Source: Phoronis australis (taxonomy: Eukaryota > Animalia > Phoronida). Taken from it: a stretch of 64,000 bases of DNA. Position 1 is the stretch's first letter, and every line of letters begins with the position of its first letter. Below, piece by piece: positions 1 to 12,000 of this stretch. The stretch lies in contig NMRA01000310.1 of the NCBI GenBank assembly GCA_002633005.1, positions 190,624 to 254,623 of the forward strand, written 5' to 3'. The notes under the pieces were generated by a model that did not search any database, was not told the origin of the DNA, and worked only from the letters and a program-made list of their open reading frames with translations. The position numbers were made by a program, and so were the translations under genes.

Positions 1-205
1 AGTTTGGAACCTGCAAGGATTTCAGGTAGCCCTCAAGCTGTTTGAGATTGCAAAAAATCGGATCGTCTTTCACATTTTTGGAACTGGAGGAATTTGATTT
101 CGGAATGAAATGTCGGCTGATGTTAGGCATTGGCAGGAAAGTACTGGGGTCTTGGGTTGAACTGTCAATTTTCCAGTTGTGTCCGTATTTGTGGAGCCCG
201 ACTTT
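1..205 (-). CDS. Possible exon of an unknown minus-strand gene running off the window start
   Basis: Strong acceptor ttatttcttgcacttcctcccttaaacag|, then a frame open to position 1 (KVGLHKYGHNWKIDSS...LEGYLKSLQVPN). No family recognised. Confidence 0.3.
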
Positions 206-2989
206 CTGTTTAAGGGAGGAAGTGCAAGAAATAAGTTGTGTGACAGAATTTTAATCTAAAGCTTCTTTGGCCACCAGTGGTGTGCACGATTGTCAGAATG
301 TAGCCGGTGAAATTGTTTAAAGGAAAATGAAATTAGGCATGAAAATCCGTTTCAGTGTCCGTCTTAACAAATATTCATTAAAAGTTCCCGGAGTCGAGTA
401 CACTGGGTCGATTCGAACAGACGTTGCTTTATTTGCTTTTAGTCAAATATGGCAAGACATCGACAAAAGAGTTTACACGTGCGACATATTTTGTTTTTCT
501 ATCCTCTACTTTCATCAGCAGTTAAAGCGCCTATCTCACGGCTCTTGTAAGTCTGCAATACACTGCTCTCGACTGCACTAACAACGAAAATCATATAAAC
601 ACTGCTGTCATTGTTGTTTTGACGCATTGCTCAAGTTCATCTTGTTCAAATGGCATAATTTTTTCTCTTCCTTTCTTGTGTCATGTTTATGGTAGACTGT
701 ATATTAGTTTGAGTTTCTGCTATAGATGGCGCCTGTAGTATAACGGTCAGCCATCTTGATTAAGTCGTGTTGTATTCGTCTTAAGTCAAGTATAGCTAAT
801 ATTAGTTTATTATTCCGTGAAATAGCGTTAAAACAACAAGAAAATTAATTCGACTACAATGAGTAAATTTGCAAATTCGTCAAATGTAAACTTTTACTAG
901 GATTGTATAATTCCAATTGTCCCTTTTGGGAAATGTTCGAGAATCTTTCTGAAAATTATGCAGTCAAGAGAAGTTAGTGCATGAACAAATGTTGCGAAGT
1001 TCTTGTTTTTTGCTGAAAAGCGTAGATCTCATAAATTAAATGTTCAATTGTGAAAAGACTGGCTGTATAGCGTCAAATTGAAAACGTGTTCACTGTATGT
1101 GTCAGGGGCCGATAGCGCATAGCCTAGTGGATTGCATTATATATGCAATCGTTTCAAATAATCACTAAAACACGCCCACGGACATATTTTTGCAGCCACA
1201 CGTACCAGGAACGCCAGATTTGTAGTACAACTGCTCTGAATCTTGCTAATGGCCTCGTTTGAGACAATGTTATTTTTACATTGCGCCTTGCGGTCATTCC
1301 CAAACTGTAGTGATATTTTTTTATAAATGCTAGCGATATGGACATTTTTATGTTTATGATCTCATTGTATTGTGAGGCACCGGTATCCGCGTCAGTCTTC
1401 CCACGAAGGGTCCATTTTCCGTGTCTTGATGAGGAGAGATCCTTTGGCTGGAGGAATGGAGTCCACCGCACATTGTCCAAATGCCTGTCCGCCGCTGTAT
1501 ATACCTTGAACACGTATCACATGAACATGTTTTTCTCATGCTGGCGTATACAGCGGCGTAATTTCCTCTTATTCAATTCCTGGATCCGTGCATGATAATC
1601 CGACCAATAGGATTAGAGGATTAGGTTGCATAGTTTATAAAACTGCTGGGACGATATACCTCGTTGTTTCCGACATAAATCATCAATCACGACCCTTTAT
1701 ACTTCAAATGAAGCTGCAGGTATGCTGTACATGTGGCTAAATTTCTAGTCAATTTCATTGACAAAACTGGATCAGACGTAAATTATGTCTTGAAGTTAGA
1801 TTTTAATTTTTTAAAAATACATTTCACGAAGATCTGTACGGTTGCGCCACGTAGACGCAAGAAACTCGGAAAAACTTTTTACGTGATCCCACTAGTTTTT
1901 GTCGCGAGTCTATTGGGTTCAGGGAACGCATACGTGATCAGCTTGAGTAATAGTTTTCAGAAACATATATGCAGCCCATTCTGCCAAAAAAAAAATCTGC
2001 AAGCGGCTGGCGTTCATACCACATTTTGTAAAAATTATGGACTCATATAGACCTAATTGAAAACCATTGTTTCTTATACGCTGTAAGGATAGCTTGTATG
2101 GCGGAAAGACCTATAGGGTCTACGTATTTGTGAGCCGCCAAATTTCTGTTACATGTCAGTAAATAGGTATACAGACACCGCAGCACAAGGTGACTGTTCA
2201 ACGATAAATTTTACAAATTTCTGGAGCTGTGAATTCCACTATTTTTTGCGTTCGCATGGTAAAAAAACAGTACTCACGAAGGTGCAACAAAATGCTGCGC
2301 CAAAAATAAAGATCGGTTAGAATTCAATCGGCGGGATCGGATGCCCCATATGCGACTTAGGTATAGATGGAAAAATGAATGATACAGTCAGTGGTCGAAC
2401 GAGCCGCGACAACAAACACGGCGATCGGGAATGCATCGACAGAGCATGATCAGCAGGCGAGACAGAGAGTTATAAAAGTTGTAACACGGAGAGCGAATTA
2501 TTTATCGAATTGTAACCCAGGTAAAGTGCTAATTCCACAAAGTAGTTAAAAACTCCAGTTTTGAGTGTAACAAGGGAACAGTCGAGCTTTTAGGCGTTTT
2601 TATCCTTCCTCAGGCTCTGTCTGATCAACGATTGAGATGACCGTTAGATGGCAGGCCAGGCTGTCAATAACGGTATCGAGGAATACGCTGTTAGAGGTTT
2701 GTAGGATCCTTCTCGGTGAAAACAGTTCTGGCATTTTCGAAGTCACTTAACAAATCAGCCACCATAGATGTCACTGAACCAACTTTCGAGGTTGTCCTGT
2801 TGAGCTATTGGCACAACTATCGGCTATTTCATCAGCGATCTGATGATTTTAAACATGACTGCCTCGCTTCGTGAATGGGTAACTGAGTTTGCTTTGAAGG
2901 TGAGAAGCGACGGAAAAATCGCGACCAATACAACCCCTGCCCCCCTAACATATGCACTACAAATTGTGCATTGCGCTACTGAAACAAAA

Positions 2990-3731
2990 AACGAAACTCC
3001 TATAGTCACTTCATTTTCCTCAGAAAATAAAGGGACGAGGAAAATCTATCAATTAGCTTTCCAAATTGTATGTAAAACCTGTCTCGGAATTGAAGTGGGA
3101 GAGAGAAATTAACTAATGCGATGATACTCAGTCATGGAAAAAATTAATTCTGTAATTTATCATTGTACTTCTGATGTCAGACTCAGATGGTTTCAATTTC
3201 GTATCAACCACAGACTTATTGGTACAAACTCTTATTTAAAGAAAATAGGTGTTAGTAAATCGTCTTGTGTTCTTTCTGTGAGCAACACGACGAAACAATT
3301 CTACATTTGTATTGGGAATGTTCACTTGTTCAGAAGTTTTGGGGATATTTAAAAACATGGATGTTAAATCAGTGCGATTTCTCTCTGCAGTTAAATATGT
3401 CTTCCGCCTTGTTAAGAGATCCAGTCTGTAGATTAGAAGTTAATTTAATTCTTTGTTTAGCGAAATTTCACTTCTACAGGCAAAGACTGCAAAAGGCCAA
3501 GCCCAATTTTCTGTCATTTTTACGTGAGGTATGTGATTAACACAACCTGGAAAAAATATTTTCAATTCTAAATTGGATCCTGAGAGATTCCAGGCAAGGT
3601 GGTCTTCTTTTTTGCCTAGCAACTAGGTTTCGATAACGTCCGTAATTTGTTTGATGTACTTGAATAGATTTCATATAGCTTTACAACTATGTATTGGTTG
3701 GTTGAATTAATAAATGTTTCATTAAAAAAAA
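2990..3731 (+). mobile_element. 5'-truncated L1/Tx1-like LINE 3' end (zf-RVT region plus polyA)
   Basis: Frameshifted LRWFQFRINHRLIGTN...CSFCEQHDETILHLYWEC..VQKFW...NLILCLAKFHFYR; AATAAA at 3709 and A8 tail at 3724-3731. Confidence 0.85.
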
Positions 3732-6700
3732 TCCCGGGCTCGACAGTGTTGTTTTTTAGGAATTGAATAATTGCAATATTTGTTTACATTATAGTCAATT
3801 ATTTATCAAAACCTGGAGTTTGAACGAGCTCAGGTATCCCAGTGAGGATAAAACACGGCACGTTCACTTTAATTACCTGAAATTGGAATTTAAATCAGTG
3901 TGGTGATATGGAAACCATATGAAAGCGTGTATTCGCGGGACTAAAATTTCTTACTCAGAAACACACTGTACGTGGATTTTCCCTTGTCTAAACATGCTGG
4001 ACAATGTGTGGAATACAGCGCATTTCTTTGAATAGCCATTGCGTTTTCCCGCTAAATGCGGAGTGGCCGGCGAAATTTTTAACGATGAGTGGGTCAGTTT
4101 GGCTCAAAAAGACCAAACAGTGCACTGATTCAGTAACAGCCAGGTCGTGGTGTAAGGGTGACCTCACTAACCTCGATACAATGGGGGTATTGTCGGTCAA
4201 TAAATGGCCCGTTTCCATAACCTACGCGAGTGCCTGCTGAGACGGTGAATAAAGAAGTTATAGATCGGTGTAGAATGTGTTTAAATCTGTCGAGGAATGC
4301 GGCTGAGATGTTGAATAAAGGCCCGTTGACGATTATGGAAATAAATAATTAGAGCCTTACTACATCGGAAATATGCAATAGCGAAAGATTGGGTAAGTTG
4401 TTTATTCTCGACATACAGCTGTTGTCAGGAAAAAAGATGTTGAAAAAATCAGCACCACACACCAGTTGTAACTCGGTACATCAGTACTGTATGGAGGTCA
4501 TTAGGTTGACCTACACACAGTAACCCACGGCGGGAACTGTCTGATACTATTTCGGATGAATACCAATTGTAGGCATAGTTGAACGAAAACAAATATTTCG
4601 TTGTGAGAAACAATACCTGATTGTAAATTCATCTTGTTCACATTGTATTGATTCATTCACGTGGGAGTCTTTCAACCTATATTCGTTTTTCTGAATTGAT
4701 CTCAATGATTGACCATTGGTTACCGTCATAACGCGGACCGCGTTTGCACTTGTTTAGTACAGCTGCAATTCTTTAACAAAAGTACCACCGCAATCGAGAG
4801 TAAATTTGGACGCCCTTCGACCACAGTTCCTGGAAAATAATACAGGTAAGTCAAATTACACATCTTTGATACTAGCTTCGGGACGTCAGATGGGCGGCGC
4901 ACCATAGGGGGTTTCCCCGGTATTTCAATTCGGCGACTCGCTTCGGAAGCCCAGAAGCATGAGTGCCGCGCACCATGGGGACTGGGGGGCTAGCTATAGC
5001 CCCCACTTATTTCAGTGCTGCGCCGACCATGCGTCATGCACACTTTGAAGTCTCATTGGAGTGTTCTACGAGTCAACTGGCTATAAAACTGCGCGTTCCA
5101 TCCAAGAAGGTATCTTTTGATTTAGACCACGTACCGCTGTAAAATGATTTCGATGCGATCCTATAATCAGATGCCGAGAAGTGGTTCCTGGGTTTGAAGC
5201 AGCCGCAATTCCTTAATCCGGCCTTATCCGTTGCCAGATCATAATATGCTCGGCACGTAAATCCGTGACAAACAAAACATTACTAGTAAGACCGAGTGCA
5301 GAGGAGTATGAGACACATTTTTTCAACGCTCGATAGTCATACAGCAAGGCCAGGATTCGAACCCGAATCTCCCACCTACTGTACTCACTAGCTGACACTG
5401 GCTGATTAGGCCAACATGTCGGATTGTGTCACGCAATAATCTGAGACAATCGCAGCAAACGAGGGATACCATTTATATTCAGCGTATCGGTGGCGTTACA
5501 ACAACACGTAGGTAAGATGGTTTTTAATGCGTGGATTATTTACGATACAGTTTCGCTTATCTGTTTGATTTAATTGTTTACAGTCTCTAGTTTCAGAAGC
5601 AGTGAATAGGTTAATGATGTTTTAAACCTTATTCACAAAAATTGTCCGTTTTTACAATATTTTACACATGTGTAACAAAATACCTTATCTTCATTCTCGG
5701 GGAACTTCAACTGAGAAATACATACCGCGTAGCTAGAAAAATAGATTTTTGTACAACCACCTTCAACAGCGTGGCTGCTATTTCTTACAAAAATACCTTA
5801 CGTTTTGCGATTTGATTTGTCATAGAAACCAAAATAAGGAACTAATCGAAAATTCCTCACAGTGTTTTTGAGGTAATTGGTGAACTTTTCATTTAAAAAA
5901 GGTTTCATTAAAATCGACCAATGCGTTATTTTGCTATGAATATATCTTTTTTTAAAAATTAAATTTTGACTTAAAAAGTTGTTAATGTAATAACATTAAT
6001 GGCACATAAAATATATTTTTATAATTCCTCATCCTTTTTCTTTCAGAAAATATGTACTTTCACCTGTTTTTTATATACGAGATAGAATGAAGGCCACTAA
6101 ATAAGGTTTCAGATAACCTTAAGTACTGAAGATTTTGAAGTTATACGGGATCGCCGAAACATTTCAGTTCATTCCATGGTTTATGGGCCAACTTTGTTGC
6201 AACGGCTGGTCTTGTTATATACAGCATGTACACGATAACGTCATACGGAAATTGACGAATATCGTATGCGATAAGAATGTCCTACATTCGGAGGACCTGA
6301 GCAAAAGGCCTAGGGGTTTAAATGACAAAATAACATTACTATTGATTGAAGACCACGAAATATGTATTCCGGCCAACTAATGTACTCCTCCAATTCTCGC
6401 CTTCGTGTTTAATTCTTTCACCGTGACGCAAAGGTGTTGGTGATCAAGCCCTCTACGGTGGATTACGTCACCATCCACGGTTTGACTAGACGAAGCACAC
6501 ATGACGTGACGTAGCAACTGTCATCCACTAACAACCATTCAAGATACATACTCGTATTTCAAACATATACTGACGACGACTACTGTTGTGCTTGAACCAA
6601 TTTAGCCCGGGTTGAAACTTGTCCACAGTTATATATTTTTTAATCGCTACTGTCACAGGGACATTATTGTTTCACGGCCGAAAAAGCGCATTTTTGGGAT

Positions 6701-7579
6701 TGTTATTGAACGAGACAGTCTTCTCAAAGTTCCTTCGCTTTGATCAGAGCTAAGAAACCACAAAACCCGCCATGTTTTGGGGATTTTATTACATATCGTC
6801 AATTCTCGCCGCTGTCTGCCAGCCATTTGATGAAATCGAGGCCGGCGTCTTTGCCATTTAAATACACTAAAAATACTCAGCCGTTTAACGAGTGTAACAG
6901 GGTTCTGCAACAGAGCGTTCGCCTGGTTTCACGGAGCCCGGATTCCGCGCAACCGCTGATTTCTGTCAAGGCTTTCCCTAATTTATTACCGCGAAATATA
7001 TCGCAAGGACGGACGTAAAATACGGTCATTTTTACTAGTTGGACAGAAAATACAAATCTCTGCACACAAATGCGTGATGCGTGATAACTTTCCTTTTGTT
7101 TACGACAGTTGCTCAAAGACAAGACATGCTCATAAGAGCCCACGCGAAATTTCGTGTATTTTTAAGAAACGTTGCTCACCGGCACTTCGGTGACGCTGTG
7201 AAAAAGTGTGCACAAACTGTGAACACACGATGGGCTATATATATTTACGATTTCCGGCTGTTGTTCGCGTTGAACCTCCGTTACGAACGGCGTGAATGTT
7301 AATGTTATATCTACGATCAGGAGCAAATGAGCTCGCCAAGCGACGAGCGACCAAGTTACATCCTTTTTCACTTGAAAACGAACAGATATCAGTAGGAGTG
7401 ACTTACAGGTGCCCGGTATTTTGAGAACCAGGTTTCTTCACTGGATAACATATGCACCAAACTTGTTCTTAATAACAATCGCGTATCAAAAATAAGGTTG
7501 TGGAGGCTCCATCGCAGTTTGTATACATGACGTCATTTACATAATCATTGAGACAATATGAGCTGTTCGTTTTTATGTG

Positions 7580-7790
7580 CGTTTTTATGACCGAAAATGC
7601 ATTTTTTTTAGAGTTATTGCTACAGGAGACAGACTTCTTGAAGTTATTAGTTATGTCTGGAGCTACAAAACAACAATAATTGGTGATTTTTGTGATTTTA
7701 GTAAATATCGCAAATTCTCGCCGTTGTTTGCAAGGCTTTCGCTGAAATCAAGGTCGGTGTCCTTACCAGTCAATTACGTTTAAAATACAG
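7580..7790 (+). repeat. Dispersed repeat family D of about 200 bp (also near 6670, 29710, 30070, 38180, 40440, and 35060 on -)
   Basis: Recurring core CTTGAAGTTATT.G.TTTGACCA.AGCTACAAAAC...AATTCTCGCCGTTGT. Confidence 0.65.
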
Positions 7791-8820
7791 GTGTGATTAT
7801 GCTCCGACTGCGGAACGTTAGGTTGCGACCGTGAGGGTTGCAGGTTCTAATCCGCGCTGGGGCTCATCTCAGAAAATAACTTTTCTCGCCAATAACGCTC
7901 CTTTAACTCCCACCATTATAGCACATCAACGTCTTACAATGGTGTGATTTCTTGAGCAGTGGGGTTCATTACGTCAAGTGTCCCACCAATAATCGATGTA
8001 TTCATTTCGTGACGCCCGATTGATAGAAGATACTGTTAGCGACCGGGGTTTCCTCACCGTGGAAATCTTCAGCTGAAGAGTTGCTGCAAAGCGTCTATTT
8101 TCTGTTAATTTAAACTAGGCACGGTTATTATTCACGTCCTGACCTGAGCCCAGACAGTCAAATGCGTGTACATGTCGTCGGAGTGCCCTCTTCACTTGTC
8201 ATTTAATATTTCAAGAAAACTAACGATATAAGGACAACTCGTGTTATCATCAAATCAGTTTTGTTTTAATCATACTGTTAAAAATATAACCGTGACGTTA
8301 TTGTGTTTAACATTCATCGCCTAGTGCAATGGTTCCTGAGTAACCCATTATTAAAACGATAAGTGGTAACATGACTGTGTGTCACGTACACAATAGCCGA
8401 GTCCAGCGTGCGTTGTTTCTGTCGCAATCACTCCAGGATTTGTACTCGTCGAGGTACTAGCCGTGAGGACAGCAGTCACTGTGGAGTGGAGTGTATGGGC
8501 ATCGCTGTTGTGTATTCCGAGTGGTGGTAGTCCGGTGTGAGGTACATGTAAGCCGGTGATGGTGTGTTGCGTGCGGATACAAATGTCAGGTGTGACAAAT
8601 GGGCGCGTATGTGGCGCTGCGCATAGGCGTCGTATTGTTGGCGTTGGGGTGATGGTGGTGACGCTGTTCTCTGGTGTCTCATGTGCACGAGTGTAAAAAG
8701 TTGGCAGATGCGTGTACAGATTGATAAACATGAAAAAACAAACGCAATGCTCAGTAAAATGTAACATGTGTCCATTCCAGGTAATTCATCCTCAGAGAGA
8801 ACACGTCAGAGATCGCCTCT

Positions 8821-9045
8821 ATGAACATCATCCAAACACTGACAGAACTGTCTTCGTCCGATACCGTTTCCACTCCCATCGTCTTTCTCACGGCGTTACT
8901 ATGCGCAGTGGTTTTCTTGGCAACATTGTACGGCTTGCACAGTCTCTGCTGCGTCCCGCTGAACAAAGTGAGACGACTTCATGACATTGGCTATGTAGCT
9001 GGGATCGGGGAGCAACACCTGAGTAAGAAGGAATTGGCAAATCTC
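8821..9045 (+). CDS. nvd: nvd coding exon 1 (N-terminal TM segment)
   Basis: MNIIQ...[20 protein letters not shown]...[13 protein letters not shown]...ELANL, then donor CTC|GTAAGT at 9046. Phase 0 joins VMKKRRVG of exon 2. Confidence 0.85.
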
Positions 9046-12000
9046 GTAAGTAAAACGTAAATTGTGCCTCATGGGGACTTGTCCTTGATGTTCAGGGGAA
9101 TGCTGGTGTGAAAGACAGTGTCCCCGGCACCGAGTTCAATTACAGTTTGGCCTGCATCATTCAATAATTTTGGTTTTTGATTACACGTGGGGTTGACTAG
9201 ACCCAAGGCGAGAAAAGTAGTGTGGTCATATGTTTCGCTTTTAATGCATGGCGAAATCTTGCGTAGATTTGCGTGATATTGACTTTTCCCGAGTGTCTAA
9301 CGTATACGGAACATTACCCGGTGCCGGACTAGGGCGGTGGACTCTTTTTTTTTTCTTTACTCCTATGCCGTCTAAAGTGGGTTAGCGTGGCGTGCAGTTC
9401 AAATGTTTATCGTTCAAGCTGCTTCTGTGGTTGTTAGTGTGGCCATTTATACAGAAGAGAAATTCTTTTTTTTCAATTTTCGTGAAAACTGGGAATTTGC
9501 CTCTTGTAAAATGTATAATTCTTTTCGTTTCAAGTTTTGAAAAAAGACTTGTCGAACGCTTATCCCTCCTTATTGGGAAACGTGACATCATGACCTCTTG
9601 ACCCGACGGTGAATGAAAATATAAAGCCACATTGACCAGAGACGTCTTTGCTTTGACAGAAAATATAATCACGTAAGCGAATACGCGCATATATCATGAG
9701 TGGGATGAGGATGAAGTTTGAACGATGGTACACCGGCAACCACAGTCTTTACTTCCGGGCGTATTTAAAAAATGGTGAACTTGATATTTTTTTCTAGAAA
9801 TACTTACTCAAGTAGAAGCGAAAACCTTTCCCGTATATACATCACGAAAACTCAGTTTCGACACGAATTGCTTAAAAGGTATTTTCACGGATTTTCGCGT
9901 TCCGCGCCATTTTAAGACTTTTTTTAAATACCTGTCCTTTCGCAAGCAAATCATTTCCGAAAATTTAAGCGCCTGATTGTTTCTCTTTGGAATACAGTTT
10001 ACGCAAGTTTTGAGTTTTATGCTCCGTGGGATATTCCTAGTCATCGGCGAATACCGAACTACTCAGTGGTACGATGATCAAGGCGAAATGACACTTAAAC
10101 TGAATGTTTTGAATAAAACGGTGAAAATAGTGACGATGCCGGAAATGACGAGGAACAAAGAGACCGTGCAAAATTTTTGCAACCATAGAAAAATTAGACA
10201 TTTATGTTCAAAGTGCACTAGTGTAATCTTACTGTACGCGCGTAGGAATGTTGTGGAGTGACGGAGTTATGAAGGCCCCTCTGTCGACACCATTTTCACC
10301 CTTCACCCTCACACTCTTCCCGGTAGCCATCAATTTATCAATTTTGCCATTGCCCCCCCNCCCCCCGTCGCCGTCCTCAGCCCTTTCACTTTCGTCTCTC
10401 ATTAAAAACTGCTACGCGATTTCAAAGCTTAGAAGACAGTTTTTCTTGTTTCCTTTGTATTATTAGAGAAACAGCATTACCGCGCCATTAGGCCCATGGT
10501 CGTCTGCGCGGAACTGCGCTTAAATGCGAAACTTAGGCGCATGCACCAACATCGAAACCACTTGTGTAAAAAAAGGTAGCGAAAACGGGCATTAATATTG
10601 ATATAGGCCCATGGGTCTAAAGGTACGAATTTATGGTACTACTGCTCCAACTTCATGAGTAGAGGGCGCACTCGACAGCTGGTGTGTCGCTCGTTTGTGA
10701 ACAATGCTCATCTGATTCGGCCGTGTCCAGAAGAAGTTATGATTGAAAAATTGTTGTAGAACACAGTTTTCCCTACACAATTGAAAGAACAGACCCAGGC
10801 ACTCACCAGACATCTTGTCTGCATCATAGGAAGGAAACCTCCGTTGTAAACCAACTGATTTGTTTCTAAAATGTGGTAACATAAAACTGGATGTGGATAG
10901 AAGAAAGGGGCTAATAGTAAAATAATGACGTATTAAAAGTTCATTTGCTTGTTATCGGGAAAGGAAAAATCAACAGTCATCTTAACAGTGTTGTAAGAGT
11001 CGCAGCCGCATAGTGTCGCAGACGTTTTCGTCAGCATGTTTGAACACGCTGTGTTGTAACGAGCTGCTGCGACAACGCTGCTCTTATCATTCTTCCGGGG
11101 ATGCGTTCCGTAGGCGCAAGAATCTCGCGAAAAAGCAAGATCAAGGCGAAGGACAAGGCAAAATCACGCGAATGTTTCGCGACTATGCCCTGAGTACCGC
11201 TCACTGTTTCCCTGCATGCCGCAAGGTGGGGCGGTAGCCGCGCCAGCACGCAGGTATCACTGAATGTTCCTCGGGAATTTTTTTACACCGGCGTTTCTGA
11301 TTGGCTATTCGAATTCTCAACAGGCAGCACTTTACGCAAACAAACTGGCATGACTGATGGACTGAAGTGTAAATGTCTATTGTACAGACAAATCGGTGCT
11401 TAAAATTTATGTTCAGGCAATGTGAAGCCTAAAAAGTGTGATTGCGCCTTTTCGGAATGCATCTTTCTACTGTCGATGATTTTGTTTACGATAGTGTCCT
11501 GTATTCATACAGTATGAATAACACACCAGTTAAATCGGCCAGATATGTGTTTATTGTACATGTATATGCTTCAAGCACGCGGCTATTAAATATCACTGCA
11601 GAAACGAAGTAGTTTCTGCGACGCCACTTCCATGACAAGGCTAAAAATCGTTCACAGTCCTCCAATTTTTCAAGGTGTTGTAAAGCTAACCAATGACTGC
11701 CGAGGTTACATCGACCAATGCTAAAGCGCGTGCCACTGCGTGATACCTACGTGATGGCTGGGCTAAGCACACAGGGAACCAACGATTGAGTACCGTAGCA
11801 ATATGGCGGTAACTGAAGTGATTGGTCGTTGAGGGTTGGAATGCTAAACTGAGGGATAGAATTCACCATAAGCGAACATATCTCGCCTCAAATGTTGTGG
11901 GTCTGAGGAGCACAACTCTGACTTTGTGTCTGTTGTTATTTATTTATTTAAACTTCTTTAAAAGACTGGGTGACCACTTCAGTGAATACACTGATTTTCA

